64,000 bases of DNA from an uncultured Bacilli bacterium (GCA_934098665.1 CAKOOO010000003.1:28125-92124), one strand, 5' to 3'. Numbered from the stretch's first letter, positions 29,075 to 41,290 are shown. Notes: generated from the letters alone by a model not told the origin. Program-made: numbers and translations.

Positions 29075-30811
29075 TTAACTTCCCACTACATATGGATTAT
29101 TCCATGTACCATTGCCAGAAAGATTAGCATCTTTTGATATTGAGATAACTGGTCGAACGCCTAAAGCCGTTCTATCCGGGGTCGAATCAGAAATTTTTCC
29201 CGATGAAGTTGTATAAAAAGTGTACCCATAATCTTCGTAAAAACCATAAGGTGACATAGACCAATAGTCTTGATTTGTATATAAATAATAATTTGTATTA
29301 TCACTTTTGGGATTTCCACCTGCCATTAACAATTCATCGGCTGTTATTAAACCAACAGGATATGTTAATGCACCATTTCCAAACTCACTTTCATCATTTA
29401 AAATTATTTTATTTACCGTAAACATATCACTTTTTTCAGAACATATTAAACTAGGTGCAGTACCTTTACTCAAATAACCCAAATTCAATCTATTAGCTGG
29501 ATAATAGTAACCAAATTCTGCATAGTTGTATTTTTCCCATAAACCAGCATCCCTATCATTACAATAAATTGCATCTACCACTATTGATGAATCTGTACTT
29601 ACTAATGAAGTTGATGAATACCAACTATCCAAAGCCTGTTTAATTTTACTATTATTAACAGTATTTCCATCTATAGTACAGTTTTCATTTTGTGAGTCAC
29701 ATTTTCCATAACCATATTGTTGATCCGATATGTATTGATATCCAACACAAGCCGTTGTTTCGCAAGAATTATTATATACTGTAGTTGTTGCTTGCGTACC
29801 ATCTCCTGTCATAATAACTTTTTGATTTTCGATTGGTGCGGTTGTTCCTGTATATATCAGTCTTACACTACCATCGCCATTTATTCTAATTATTCGCCAA
29901 TACATATCATTATTTGAATTATCTTTACCAAATTTTACCCAGTTATTATCTACGGCACCTCGAAAATAATATGATGTTCCAAAATTATCTTCAGATAAAT
30001 AAAGTCCTTCATTTAATGTTGCGATATTATCAAAATTAGGCTTTTCTGCATTTAAATTATTATTTGATAGCAATTTTTTTCCTATAGTGCCTGGGATATC
30101 CAAGGCAATTATATCACAATTTTTATTTGATACATATATTTTACCAGTAAATCCTTTTTCAGAAAGTTGACCTTGAAATACATCTAAATTATAATATTTT
30201 CCTGTAATTGTCCATTTTTGTTCAGTTTCTTTTGTAGCACTATTATTATTGATTATTGCATTACTTACAAGGACTCTTTTTGCTCCAACTGAATTGGTAG
30301 TATCTTTTGCTGTCCATGAACTATCATAATTAAAGTTTTTTTCTTCATTATAGTTATTTGTTCCTGTACTTGGTCCTGATACTTGCATGGTTATTTCTTT
30401 AGTAACAGTTGTATTAGTTTCCTCATTCTTAGATACATAAGTAACATCATCACCATATATATACGAATTATAATCATACTCATATACTATATCATAAGTA
30501 CATGAAACTAATTGATTATCATCACCTGATATTAAGTTTACTGAAAGTGTAGCTGTATTTTCTGCAATAGCATTTACAGTACTATTATTAGAACGTTCCA
30601 TTGCTGCACCACTAACTTGTATATTTAGTTGGGTTGCATTTGATGTAAAAACAACATTTCCTCCAGATAATGCTGTCACATTTACTGCAACATTATTGGT
30701 AAGACCAGCACTCATATCACTAAAATATGCAAATGCTGCCGCTATAACAATAACAAAAAGCATCATTGCTGATACAAAACTTATTACTTTAACTTTCTTT
30801 TTATTTTCCAT
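29075..30811 (-). CDS. Secreted/surface protein, long-form paralogue A (578 aa)
   Basis: N-terminal anchor/signal MENKKKVKVISFVSAMMLFVIVIAAAFAYFSD. Shared motifs YYFRGAVDNNWV, YWRIIRINGDGSVRLIYTGTTAP, YPVGLITADE, YYLYT, YWSMSP, GVRPVISIS, GTWNNPY. Confidence 0.8.
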   Translation of the reverse strand: MENKKKVKVISFVSAMMLFVIVIAAAFAYFSDMSAGLTNNVAVNVTALSGGNVVFTSNATQLNIQVSGAAMERSNNSTVNAIAENTATLSVNLISGDDNQLVSCTYDIVYEYDYNSYIYGDDVTYVSKNEETNTTVTKEITMQVSGPSTGTNNYNEEKNFNYDSSWTAKDTTNSVGAKRVLVSNAIINNNSATKETEQKWTITGKYYNLDVFQGQLSEKGFTGKIYVSNKNCDIIALDIPGTIGKKLLSNNNLNAEKPNFDNIATLNEGLYLSEDNFGTSYYFRGAVDNNWVKFGKDNSNNDMYWRIIRINGDGSVRLIYTGTTAPIENQKVIMTGDGTQATTTVYNNSCETTACVGYQYISDQQYGYGKCDSQNENCTIDGNTVNNSKIKQALDSWYSSTSLVSTDSSIVVDAIYCNDRDAGLWEKYNYAEFGYYYPANRLNLGYLSKGTAPSLICSEKSDMFTVNKIILNDESEFGNGALTYPVGLITADELLMAGGNPKSDNTNYYLYTNQDYWSMSPYGFYEDYGYTFYTTSSGKISDSTPDRTALGVRPVISISKDANLSGNGTWNNPYVVGS

Positions 30812-30897
30812 AAATCTTCACCCTTTCACAAAATACGAATAATTAAAATTTTTTATAAATTTAAATCCTAATTTTTGCCCATAAATATGCACGTCTA

Positions 30898-31033
30898 TTT
30901 TCTTAAATTAGATACTTTTAAAAAAACTCTACCTTGATTTTACATACTTTACACTAAAATAATACACTATTTTTTATAATTTTTAAAGTCTTTTTAACGA
31001 TTTTACGTTTTCATTTTTTTTAAATGTATCTAC
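30898..31033. promoter_or_regulatory. Switch copy 1: promoter cassette between inverted sites, promoter facing gene A; sites partly eroded
   Basis: Left site: TTTTCTTAAA-TTAGATACT-TTTAAAAAAA (30898-30926). Right site: TTTTTTTAAA-TGTATCTAC (31015-31033). IR 30909-30926 / 31015-31032 matches 17 of 18. Minus-strand promoter: TTTAAA (30987..30982), 17-nt spacer, TATTAT (30964..30959). Confidence 0.6.
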
Positions 31034-31111
31034 ACGAAAAATGTAAACACTGGGGAAAATAGAAAATTCATGTAATTTTTTTAAATTTAAACTTTTTTTA
31101 TTTTTTATGTA

Positions 31112-31141
31112 AAATAAAAAAAAGAGCAAGATATACTTGCT
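31112..31141 (-). terminator. Terminator of paralogue B
   Basis: Stem AGCAAG (31125-31130) / CTTGCT (31136-31141), with the minus-strand U-run corresponding to the A-run at 31112-31123. Confidence 0.55.
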
Positions 31142-32910
31142 TAACTTAAATCCACTGTATACGGATTATTCCATGTGCCATCGCCAGATAATTTTGCCTC
31201 AGAGGATAGAGAAATTACACTACGGACGCCATCATTGACACTAGGAAACACACGATTACTAGACAGATAACCCGAATAATTTACAATGAAAACATTACTA
31301 TAATTAGCATAGAAATTGTAAGGCGACCCAGACCAATAACTTTGCCCTGTATATAAGTAATATGAACTGTTGCTAGTTTTATATCCTCCTGCCATATTTA
31401 TCTCATCAGCAGTTATTAAACCTACTGGATAAGAAAGTGTTCCGTTTGCTACACTATATTTATCTAATTCATTTTCGCATTTTAAACTTGGAGTCCAACT
31501 ATTATTATTTCCATATGTTCTTCCATTACTGCCATAATATGTTGCTCTGTTTGATATCCAACTACTTATTTCACCATATATACCTGTTTCACTTATTGAT
31601 GCTGTCCTATCATAACAAAATGGAGTATCTACTACTAATTTTGATGTTGCTGCATCCGCATATAGCGTTGTTATTTTATACCAATTTTCAAGTGTTGTCT
31701 TTATTATACTATCATTTGCTAGACCATGTTGTTTTCCTATCTCATATTTATATCCGACATATTCAGCTTTATTCATTTCATTATTAAATTTAATTGCATT
31801 TATTTGTGTACCTGTTCCAGTCATAACGCTCTTTTGACTTTCTGTTGGTGCTGTTGTTCCTGTATACAGGAGTCTTATTGACCCATCACCATTAATTCTT
31901 ACTATTCGCCAGTAAATTTTATCTCCATTTGATGCTATTTTAGTGCATGAATTTCCAGTATCAATTGTTGATATAGTGCCATAATTACAATCATATATAT
32001 CATTTGCATATTCACCATATTGTACCCAGTTATTATCTACTGCTCCTCTAAAATAGTAAGATAAGCCTTGGTCATCCATTGTCATATACATTCCTTCATT
32101 TGTTGTTGCACTATTTGTAAATACTGGAGTACCTTTTGATTTTATTACATCAATACCACCATTTTTTGCTAGTATTGTATTTCCAGCGGTACCAATATTG
32201 TTTGTTCCTATTGCACAATTTTTATTTGATACATATATTTTGCCTGTAAAGGCTTGATTAGAAAGCTGTGTTTGAAATATATTTAGGTTATAGTATTTAC
32301 CAGTAAATGTCCAATTTTGTGTTGTTTGCTCTGTTGAACTCATATTTGATATACCTGCATTACTTACAAGTACTTTTTTTGCTCCCACTAAATTTGTTGT
32401 ATCTTTTGCTGTCCATGAACTATCATAATTAAAGTTTTTTTCTTCATTATAGTTATTTGTGCCAATACTTGGTCCCGATACTTGCATTGTTATCTCTTTT
32501 GTTACGTTTGCACCCGTATCTCCATCTTTTGTTACATATGTTGTGCCATCGCCATATACATTTGAATTATAATCATATTCATATACTATATCATAAGTAC
32601 ATTTAACTAACTGATTATCGTCACCTGATATTAAATTAACTGATAAAGTTGCAGTATTTTCTGCAATAGCTGTTTCATTATTTGCAAATGATGAGTCCAT
32701 ACTACTTGAAGGCACGTTTATACTTAACTGGGTTGCATTGGATGAAAATACTGAGTCACCACCCTCTAAAGCGGTTACATTAACTGCTACATTATTTGCA
32801 AGACCTGCACTCATATTACTAAAATAAGCAAATGCTGCCGCTACCACAATTACAAATAGCATCATTGCTGATACAAAACTTATTACTTTAACTTTCTTTT
32901 TATTTTCCAT
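31141..32910 (-). CDS. Secreted/surface protein, long-form paralogue B (589 aa)
   Basis: The first ~230 aa are near-identical to paralogue A (MENKKKVKVISFVSAMMLFVIVVAAAFAYFSN...). The middle is diverged. The C-terminal motifs are shared: YYFRGAVDNNWV, YWRIVRINGDGSIRLLYTGTTAP, YPVGLITADE, GVRSVISLS, GTWNNPY. Confidence 0.8.
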   Translation of the reverse strand: MENKKKVKVISFVSAMMLFVIVVAAAFAYFSNMSAGLANNVAVNVTALEGGDSVFSSNATQLSINVPSSSMDSSFANNETAIAENTATLSVNLISGDDNQLVKCTYDIVYEYDYNSNVYGDGTTYVTKDGDTGANVTKEITMQVSGPSIGTNNYNEEKNFNYDSSWTAKDTTNLVGAKKVLVSNAGISNMSSTEQTTQNWTFTGKYYNLNIFQTQLSNQAFTGKIYVSNKNCAIGTNNIGTAGNTILAKNGGIDVIKSKGTPVFTNSATTNEGMYMTMDDQGLSYYFRGAVDNNWVQYGEYANDIYDCNYGTISTIDTGNSCTKIASNGDKIYWRIVRINGDGSIRLLYTGTTAPTESQKSVMTGTGTQINAIKFNNEMNKAEYVGYKYEIGKQHGLANDSIIKTTLENWYKITTLYADAATSKLVVDTPFCYDRTASISETGIYGEISSWISNRATYYGSNGRTYGNNNSWTPSLKCENELDKYSVANGTLSYPVGLITADEINMAGGYKTSNSSYYLYTGQSYWSGSPYNFYANYSNVFIVNYSGYLSSNRVFPSVNDGVRSVISLSSEAKLSGDGTWNNPYTVDLS

Positions 32911-32997
32911 AACAATTCACCCTTTCAAAAAATACGAACATTTAAAATTTTTTTAGAAAATTAAATTTTAAATTTTCCGCATAAGTACGCCATATAA

Positions 32998-33144
32998 TTT
33001 TCTTAAATTAGATACTTTTAAGAAAACTCTACCTTGATTTTACGTACTTTACACTAAAATAATACACCTTTTTTTATAATTTTTAAAGCATTTTTAACGA
33101 TTTTACGCTTTCGTATTTTCTTAAAAGTATCTACTAAAGGAAAA
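32998..33144. promoter_or_regulatory. Switch copy 2: promoter cassette between inverted recombinase-type sites, promoter facing gene B
   Basis: Left site: TTTTCTTAAA-TTAGATACT-TTTAAGAAAA (32998-33026). Right site: TTTTCTTAAA-AGTATCTAC-TAAAGGAAAA (33116-33144). Perfect 18-bp IR 33009-33026 / 33116-33133 around an 89-bp core. Minus-strand promoter: TTTAAA (33087..33082), 17-nt spacer, TATTAT (33064..33059). Confidence 0.75.
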
Positions 33145-33252
33145 TACGAACAAGGTAAACACTGGGAAAAATAGGAAATTTATGTACTTTTTTTATTTAT
33201 AAATTTTTTATTTTTTATGTAAAGTTTATGTAAAATAAAAAAGATTAATGAG

Positions 33253-36100
<2,848 letters not shown>

Positions 36101-36101
36101 A

Positions 36102-38198
36102 TTACATCACCTTCCTAATTCCTTTATAATTTTTTAAAAACTTTTTAGTACCAAATCTATGATGAAATGCAATTGTAATAAATTTATCATCTATATCTAT
36201 TATAACACCTTTTCCAAAAGTTAAATGTGTAACTATATCACCTTTTTTAAACTCTGCAGTATTTTTACTATTTTCCTCATCATATAATAGTTTAGATTTA
36301 ATACTATGCATTTCTTTTCTTTCTTCTTCTTTATCAAGTAAATTATCACTTATTTCACTTATAAATCTACTTGGAAGATTCATTTGAATAGAGCCATAAA
36401 GCATTCTTCTTGTGGCATTTAAAAGATAAAGTTTTTCTTTTGCTCTTGTTATTGCAACATACATAAGTCTTCTTTCTTCCTCAAGGTCGCCTTCATCATA
36501 AAGTGCTTTTGATATTGGCATAATATTTTCCTCAAGGCCTATAATAAAAACAACTTTAAATTCAAGACCTTTTGCACAGTGTACTGTCATAAGAGTAACT
36601 GCATCACTATCTTCTGAGTACTCTGCAGCATCAGCTACAAGTGATACATCCATTAAAAAGTCAGATAAATTTACATTTCCCGTTTCTTTTTCATAAGTTT
36701 CAGAAACACTTCGAAATTCCATTAAGTTTTCAAGTCTAATATCACTTTCAAGTGATTTATCATTTTCATAAGTTTCTTTCATTTTAGAAAGTTCTAATGT
36801 TTTATCTATTAAACCAGTTATTGAAGTATCTTTACTAATTTCTATTAAATTTAATATTAAATTTTTAAATTCAAGTTCTTTTCCACTATCTATTGCATCG
36901 AATATTGAAATATTATTAACTCTTGCTTTTTCTTTTAAAGCATCAATTGTTTTATCACCAATTTTTCTTTTTGGTTCATTTATAATCCTTTCTAAAGAAA
37001 CATCATCACTTGGATTAGCTATAAGTTTTAAATATGCTAGTAAATCTTTAATTTCTTTTCTTTTATAAAAGTAAAATGAGCCATATACTTTATATGGTAT
37101 ATTTGCTTTAACAAGTGCTTCTTCGATTAAACGTGACTGAGCATTTGTTCTATAAAATACAGCAATATCCTTTCTATTATAACCTTCATTTACTAAATTT
37201 TTTATTTCTTCGACTACTCTTTTATTTTCCATTTCATCGTTATATGCTCTAATATATTTAATATTTACACCTTTTCCTAAATCTGAAAATAAATCTAAAT
37301 CTTTTCTTTGTTTATTATGAGATATTACTTCATTTGCGGCATCAAGTATGGTTTGCGTACTACGATAATTTTGGGGAAGTTTTATTACCGTGCATCCATT
37401 AAAATCTTTTTCAAAATTTAAAATATTTTGAAAATTTGCTCCCCTGAAAGCATAAATTGACTGTGATGGATCTCCAACTACAAAAAGATTTAAATATTTT
37501 TTAGATAAAAGTTTTACAAGTTTATACTGCACTTCATTAGTATCTTGATATTCATCAATTAAAATATATTTAAATCTTTCTTGATACTTTGAAAGTACAT
37601 CTTTATTACTATTAAAAATTTCTACAGGTTTTTTTAGTAAATCATCAAAATCAAGAGTGTTATTTCTTTTTAAAATTTTCTCATATTCATAATATACTTT
37701 AACGGCAATTTTTTCATTTTCGGCAATTAAAAAATTAGCTATTTCACTATCAGAAAGCATATTATTTTTTATAAAGGAAATCTTACTTTTTATAAATGCT
37801 GGACTTACCATTTTATCTGTGATATTTATATCTTTCATTATTTTTTTTATAATACTTGTTTGATCTTCAGTATCTATTAAAGTAAATGTGCTTGTTAAGC
37901 CAAAAAAAGAAGTATTTTCTCTTATAATTTTAAGACCAAATGAATGAAATGTACCTATAAAAGCTCCACTTGCATTTATTAATTTATTAACTCTTTCACG
38001 CATTTCTCCTGCAGCTTTATTAGTAAATGTTATTGCTAAAATATTATATGGATCTATTCCACTATCAATTAAACTAGCAATTCTTGTCGTAAGTACTTTT
38101 GTTTTTCCTGAACCTGCTCCAGCGATGACTAAACATGGGCCATCCTTAAATGTAGCTGCCTTTCTTTGCATTTCATTAAGTTTTTCTAAATAGTCCAT
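36102..38198 (-). CDS. pcrA: ATP-dependent DNA helicase PcrA (UvrD family)
   Basis: AGAGSGKTKVLT Walker A, IDEYQDTN, QNYRST, VTLMTVHCAKGLEF, YVAITRAKE motifs. Confidence 0.95.
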   Translation of the reverse strand: MDYLEKLNEMQRKAATFKDGPCLVIAGAGSGKTKVLTTRIASLIDSGIDPYNILAITFTNKAAGEMRERVNKLINASGAFIGTFHSFGLKIIRENTSFFGLTSTFTLIDTEDQTSIIKKIMKDINITDKMVSPAFIKSKISFIKNNMLSDSEIANFLIAENEKIAVKVYYEYEKILKRNNTLDFDDLLKKPVEIFNSNKDVLSKYQERFKYILIDEYQDTNEVQYKLVKLLSKKYLNLFVVGDPSQSIYAFRGANFQNILNFEKDFNGCTVIKLPQNYRSTQTILDAANEVISHNKQRKDLDLFSDLGKGVNIKYIRAYNDEMENKRVVEEIKNLVNEGYNRKDIAVFYRTNAQSRLIEEALVKANIPYKVYGSFYFYKRKEIKDLLAYLKLIANPSDDVSLERIINEPKRKIGDKTIDALKEKARVNNISIFDAIDSGKELEFKNLILNLIEISKDTSITGLIDKTLELSKMKETYENDKSLESDIRLENLMEFRSVSETYEKETGNVNLSDFLMDVSLVADAAEYSEDSDAVTLMTVHCAKGLEFKVVFIIGLEENIMPISKALYDEGDLEEERRLMYVAITRAKEKLYLLNATRRMLYGSIQMNLPSRFISEISDNLLDKEEERKEMHSIKSKLLYDEENSKNTAEFKKGDIVTHLTFGKGVIIDIDDKFITIAFHHRFGTKKFLKNYKGIRKVM

Positions 38199-38318
38199 TT
38201 TATCACCTTCCGTAAATTAATTATATCAAAAATACAATAATGATAAAAGATTACTTAACTTAAACTAGACACTTTTTAATTAAAAAAAGTAAACCATAAA
38301 AGATTTACTTTTGTATTA

Positions 38319-39755
38319 TTAATATGATTTACCCCAAATTACATTATGTTTTGCTTCTTTAGAGCAACATATACATTTTCCTGTAATAAGTTTATCATCA
38401 AATGGAATACATCTACTTCCTGCACCACCAGTAAGTTCTTTGATTTTATCTTCACATTCTTCACTTCCACACCAATCAGCTTTTATAAAACCTGGTTTAG
38501 TATTTGCAATTTCAATCATTTCATCCATTGTTTTTGCTTCATAAATATGACTATTTACAAACTGTGTGGCTTTTTCAAGCATACCTTTTTGAATATCCTC
38601 AAGTTTAGATGTTACTTCATCACATATATTATCTAAATTTACAGTTTCTTTTTCATGAGTAAATCTTACTGCTAAAGTAACCTGTCTGTTTTCTAAATCT
38701 CTTGGACCGACTTCAATACGAAGTGGTATTCCTTCAACTTCACTTTCATTAAATTTATACCCTGGAGTTCTATCAGAATCATCAAGTTTAACTCTAATAT
38801 TTTTGCTCTTTAAATCTTCATAAATTTCATTAGAAACTTCCATAACACCTTCTTTATGAGAAGCAATAGGAACAATAACAACCTGAGTTGGAGCAATTTT
38901 TGGAGGAAGAACTAAACCATTATCATCACCATGAACCATAATTAAAGCACCAATAAGTCTAGTAGACGTGCCCCATGAAGTTTCATAAACTGTTTCAAGT
39001 TTGTTTTCTTTATTTAAAAATTTAATATTAAAAGCATTTGCAAAACCTTGGCCAAAATAATGTGTTGTTCCAGATTGTAAGGCTTTACCATCATGCATCA
39101 TTGCTTCCATTGTATATGTATTTTCTGCACCCGCAAATTTTTCAGATGGAGTTTTGTTTCCAGTAACCATTGGAATTGCTAGATAATCTTTACAAAATGC
39201 TATATAAACATCAAGCATTTGTAAAGTTCTTTCCATAGCTTCTTTACTAGTAGAGTGAATTGTATGACCCTCTTGCCACAAAAATTCACGACTACGAAGG
39301 TATGGTCTAGTTGTTTTTTCCCATCTAAAAACTGAACACCACTGGTTATAAAGTTTTGGTAAATCTCTATAAGATTTAACTTCTTTTTGCCAGTAATTAC
39401 AAAAAAGTGTTTCACTTGTAGGTCTTATACACATTTTCTCATCAAGTTTTTCATTTCCACCCATTGTTACCCATGCAACTTCAGGAGCAAAACCTTTTAT
39501 ATGATCTTTTTCTTTTTGAAGTAAACTTTCTGGAATAAGCATAGGAAGATATACATTTTGAACACCTGTTTCTTTAAACATTTTATCCATATTATTTTGA
39601 ATATTTTCCCAAATAGCTTGTCCATTAGGTAAATAAATCATGCATCCTTTTACATCTGTATAATCACAAAGTTTAGCAACTTTTACTACATCAGTATACC
39701 ACTGTGCATAATCTACATCTCTTGGGGTTATTTTTTCAGTCATTTTATTATTCAT
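38319..39755 (-). CDS. proS: Prolyl-tRNA synthetase (archaeal/eukaryote-like class II form, 478 aa)
   Basis: No bacterial-type insertion domain. FRWE...RPYLRSREFLWQEGH class II motif 2 region. C-terminal Cys-rich zinc-binding domain ending ...WGKSY. Confidence 0.9.
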   Translation of the reverse strand: MNNKMTEKITPRDVDYAQWYTDVVKVAKLCDYTDVKGCMIYLPNGQAIWENIQNNMDKMFKETGVQNVYLPMLIPESLLQKEKDHIKGFAPEVAWVTMGGNEKLDEKMCIRPTSETLFCNYWQKEVKSYRDLPKLYNQWCSVFRWEKTTRPYLRSREFLWQEGHTIHSTSKEAMERTLQMLDVYIAFCKDYLAIPMVTGNKTPSEKFAGAENTYTMEAMMHDGKALQSGTTHYFGQGFANAFNIKFLNKENKLETVYETSWGTSTRLIGALIMVHGDDNGLVLPPKIAPTQVVIVPIASHKEGVMEVSNEIYEDLKSKNIRVKLDDSDRTPGYKFNESEVEGIPLRIEVGPRDLENRQVTLAVRFTHEKETVNLDNICDEVTSKLEDIQKGMLEKATQFVNSHIYEAKTMDEMIEIANTKPGFIKADWCGSEECEDKIKELTGGAGSRCIPFDDKLITGKCICCSKEAKHNVIWGKSY

Positions 39756-39769
39756 AAATACTATCCTTT

Positions 39770-41149
39770 CTATAATTTTATTTTTTCATTTATGAAGCTT
39801 TCAATTTCCTTAACATTTAAAGTAATTTGCTCCATTGTATCACGATATCTTAAAGTAACTGTATTATTATTTATTGTTTCATCATCAATTGTTATAGCAA
39901 AAGGTGTTCCAATTGCATCAGCTCTTCTGTAGCGTTTACCAATATTTCCAGTTTCATCATAAGAACAGTTAAATGATTTTGTTAAATTTCTATATATTTC
40001 CCTTGCCTTTTCACTATGAAATTTCTTTACAAGAGGAAGTACACTAACTTTATATGGTGCTAAATATGGATGAATTTTAAGTACTTCACGAGTAGTACCA
40101 TCAGAAAGAGTTTCTTCATTATAAGCATCACATAAAATAGTTAAAAATAATCTTTCTACTCCAAGTGAAGGCTCTATAACATAAGGAATATATTTTTCAT
40201 TAGTATCAGGATCTAAATATTTTAAATTTTCACATGAATATTTTTCATGTTGTTTTAAATCATAATCAGTCCTTGAAGCAATTCCCCATAGTTCTCCATA
40301 GCCAAATGGAAAGTTATATTCAATATCTGTTGTTGCGTTTGAATAAAAACATAGTTCTTCCTTAGAGTGATCTCTTAAACGAATATTATTCGAATTTATA
40401 CCAATGTCCTTTAAGAAGTTTACACATTTTTCTTTATAAAATTTAAACCATTCAAGTTCTGTTCCAGGTTTACAGAAAAATTCAAGTTCCATTTGTTCAA
40501 ATTCTCTTACCCTAAATATAAAATTTCCTGGAGTAATTTCATTTCTAAAACTTTTACCAACTTGTCCTATTCCAAAAGGTACTTTAAGACGCATACTTCT
40601 TTGAACATTTAAAAAGTTTACAAATATTCCTTGGGCTGTTTCTGGTCTTAAATAAATTGTACTTTTTGCTTCTTCAGTTACACCTTGAAAAGTTTTAAAC
40701 ATTAAATTAAATTGTCTTATATCAGTAAAATCACTTTTTCCACATTTAGGACATGAAATATTATTAGTTTTAATAAATTCTACTAACTTTTCATTACTCC
40801 ATCCATCACCAGTTTCTTTACCATGAGTAAAGTCTTCAATTAATTTATCTGCTCTATATCTTGTTTTACAATGTTTACAGTCTACTAAAGGGTCAGCAAA
40901 TGTTTTTAAATGCCCACTTGCTTCCCATACTTTAGGGTTCATTAAAATACTACTATCAAGTGACACATTATTTTCATCTTCCTCAACAAATTTTTTAAGC
41001 CATGCATTTTTTATGTTTCTTTTAAGTTCTGCACCAAGTGGCCCAAAATCCCAAGAATTAGCAAGGCCTCCATATATCTCGCTACCTTGAAATATAAATC
41101 CATAATTCTTACAATAATTAGTAAGTTTTTCCATTGTTAATTTTTCCAT
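39770..41149 (-). CDS. glyQS: Glycyl-tRNA synthetase (homodimeric GlyQS type)
   Basis: 459 aa. [39 protein letters not shown] and [10 protein letters not shown] motifs. AGGAGG RBS before the ATG at 41149. Confidence 0.93.
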   Translation of the reverse strand: MEKLTMEKLTNYCKNYGFIFQGSEIYGGLANSWDFGPLGAELKRNIKNAWLKKFVEEDENNVSLDSSILMNPKVWEASGHLKTFADPLVDCKHCKTRYRADKLIEDFTHGKETGDGWSNEKLVEFIKTNNISCPKCGKSDFTDIRQFNLMFKTFQGVTEEAKSTIYLRPETAQGIFVNFLNVQRSMRLKVPFGIGQVGKSFRNEITPGNFIFRVREFEQMELEFFCKPGTELEWFKFYKEKCVNFLKDIGINSNNIRLRDHSKEELCFYSNATTDIEYNFPFGYGELWGIASRTDYDLKQHEKYSCENLKYLDPDTNEKYIPYVIEPSLGVERLFLTILCDAYNEETLSDGTTREVLKIHPYLAPYKVSVLPLVKKFHSEKAREIYRNLTKSFNCSYDETGNIGKRYRRADAIGTPFAITIDDETINNNTVTLRYRDTMEQITLNVKEIESFINEKIKL

Positions 41150-41164
41150 AATACCTCCTACAAA

Positions 41165-41290
41165 AAAATTCCTTTAAAAAATAATTTAGGGACGAATATT
41201 TATCCGCGGTTCCACCCTAATTATTCCTAAAGGAATCACTTTTATTATTTTAGCTCTTGGTTTCCAACCCCGTCATCGCTATAACAATTA
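41165..41290 (-). promoter_or_regulatory. T-box leader (tRNA-sensing antitermination riboswitch) upstream of glyQS-proS
   Basis: The minus strand contains AATTAGGGTGGAACCGCGG (plus 41204-41222), the T-box consensus. The terminator helix ATTCCTTTAGGAATAATTAGGG / CCCTAAATTATTTTTTAAAGGAAT is followed by a U-run. An upstream AGCGATGA GA-motif is present. Confidence 0.7.

Noticed and set aside
29075-32910. A diversity-generating retroelement as the source of paralogue divergence
   Set aside because: No reverse transcriptase, template repeat or adenine-specific substitution pattern is visible. The divergence includes indels and whole-segment replacement.
30812-33252. The repeated intergenic blocks as a CRISPR array or simple tandem repeat
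   Set aside because: There are only three copies of ~230-330 bp. Each is separated by whole genes. There is no short direct-repeat/spacer periodicity and there are no cas genes. The internal inverted-repeat and promoter structure explains them better.
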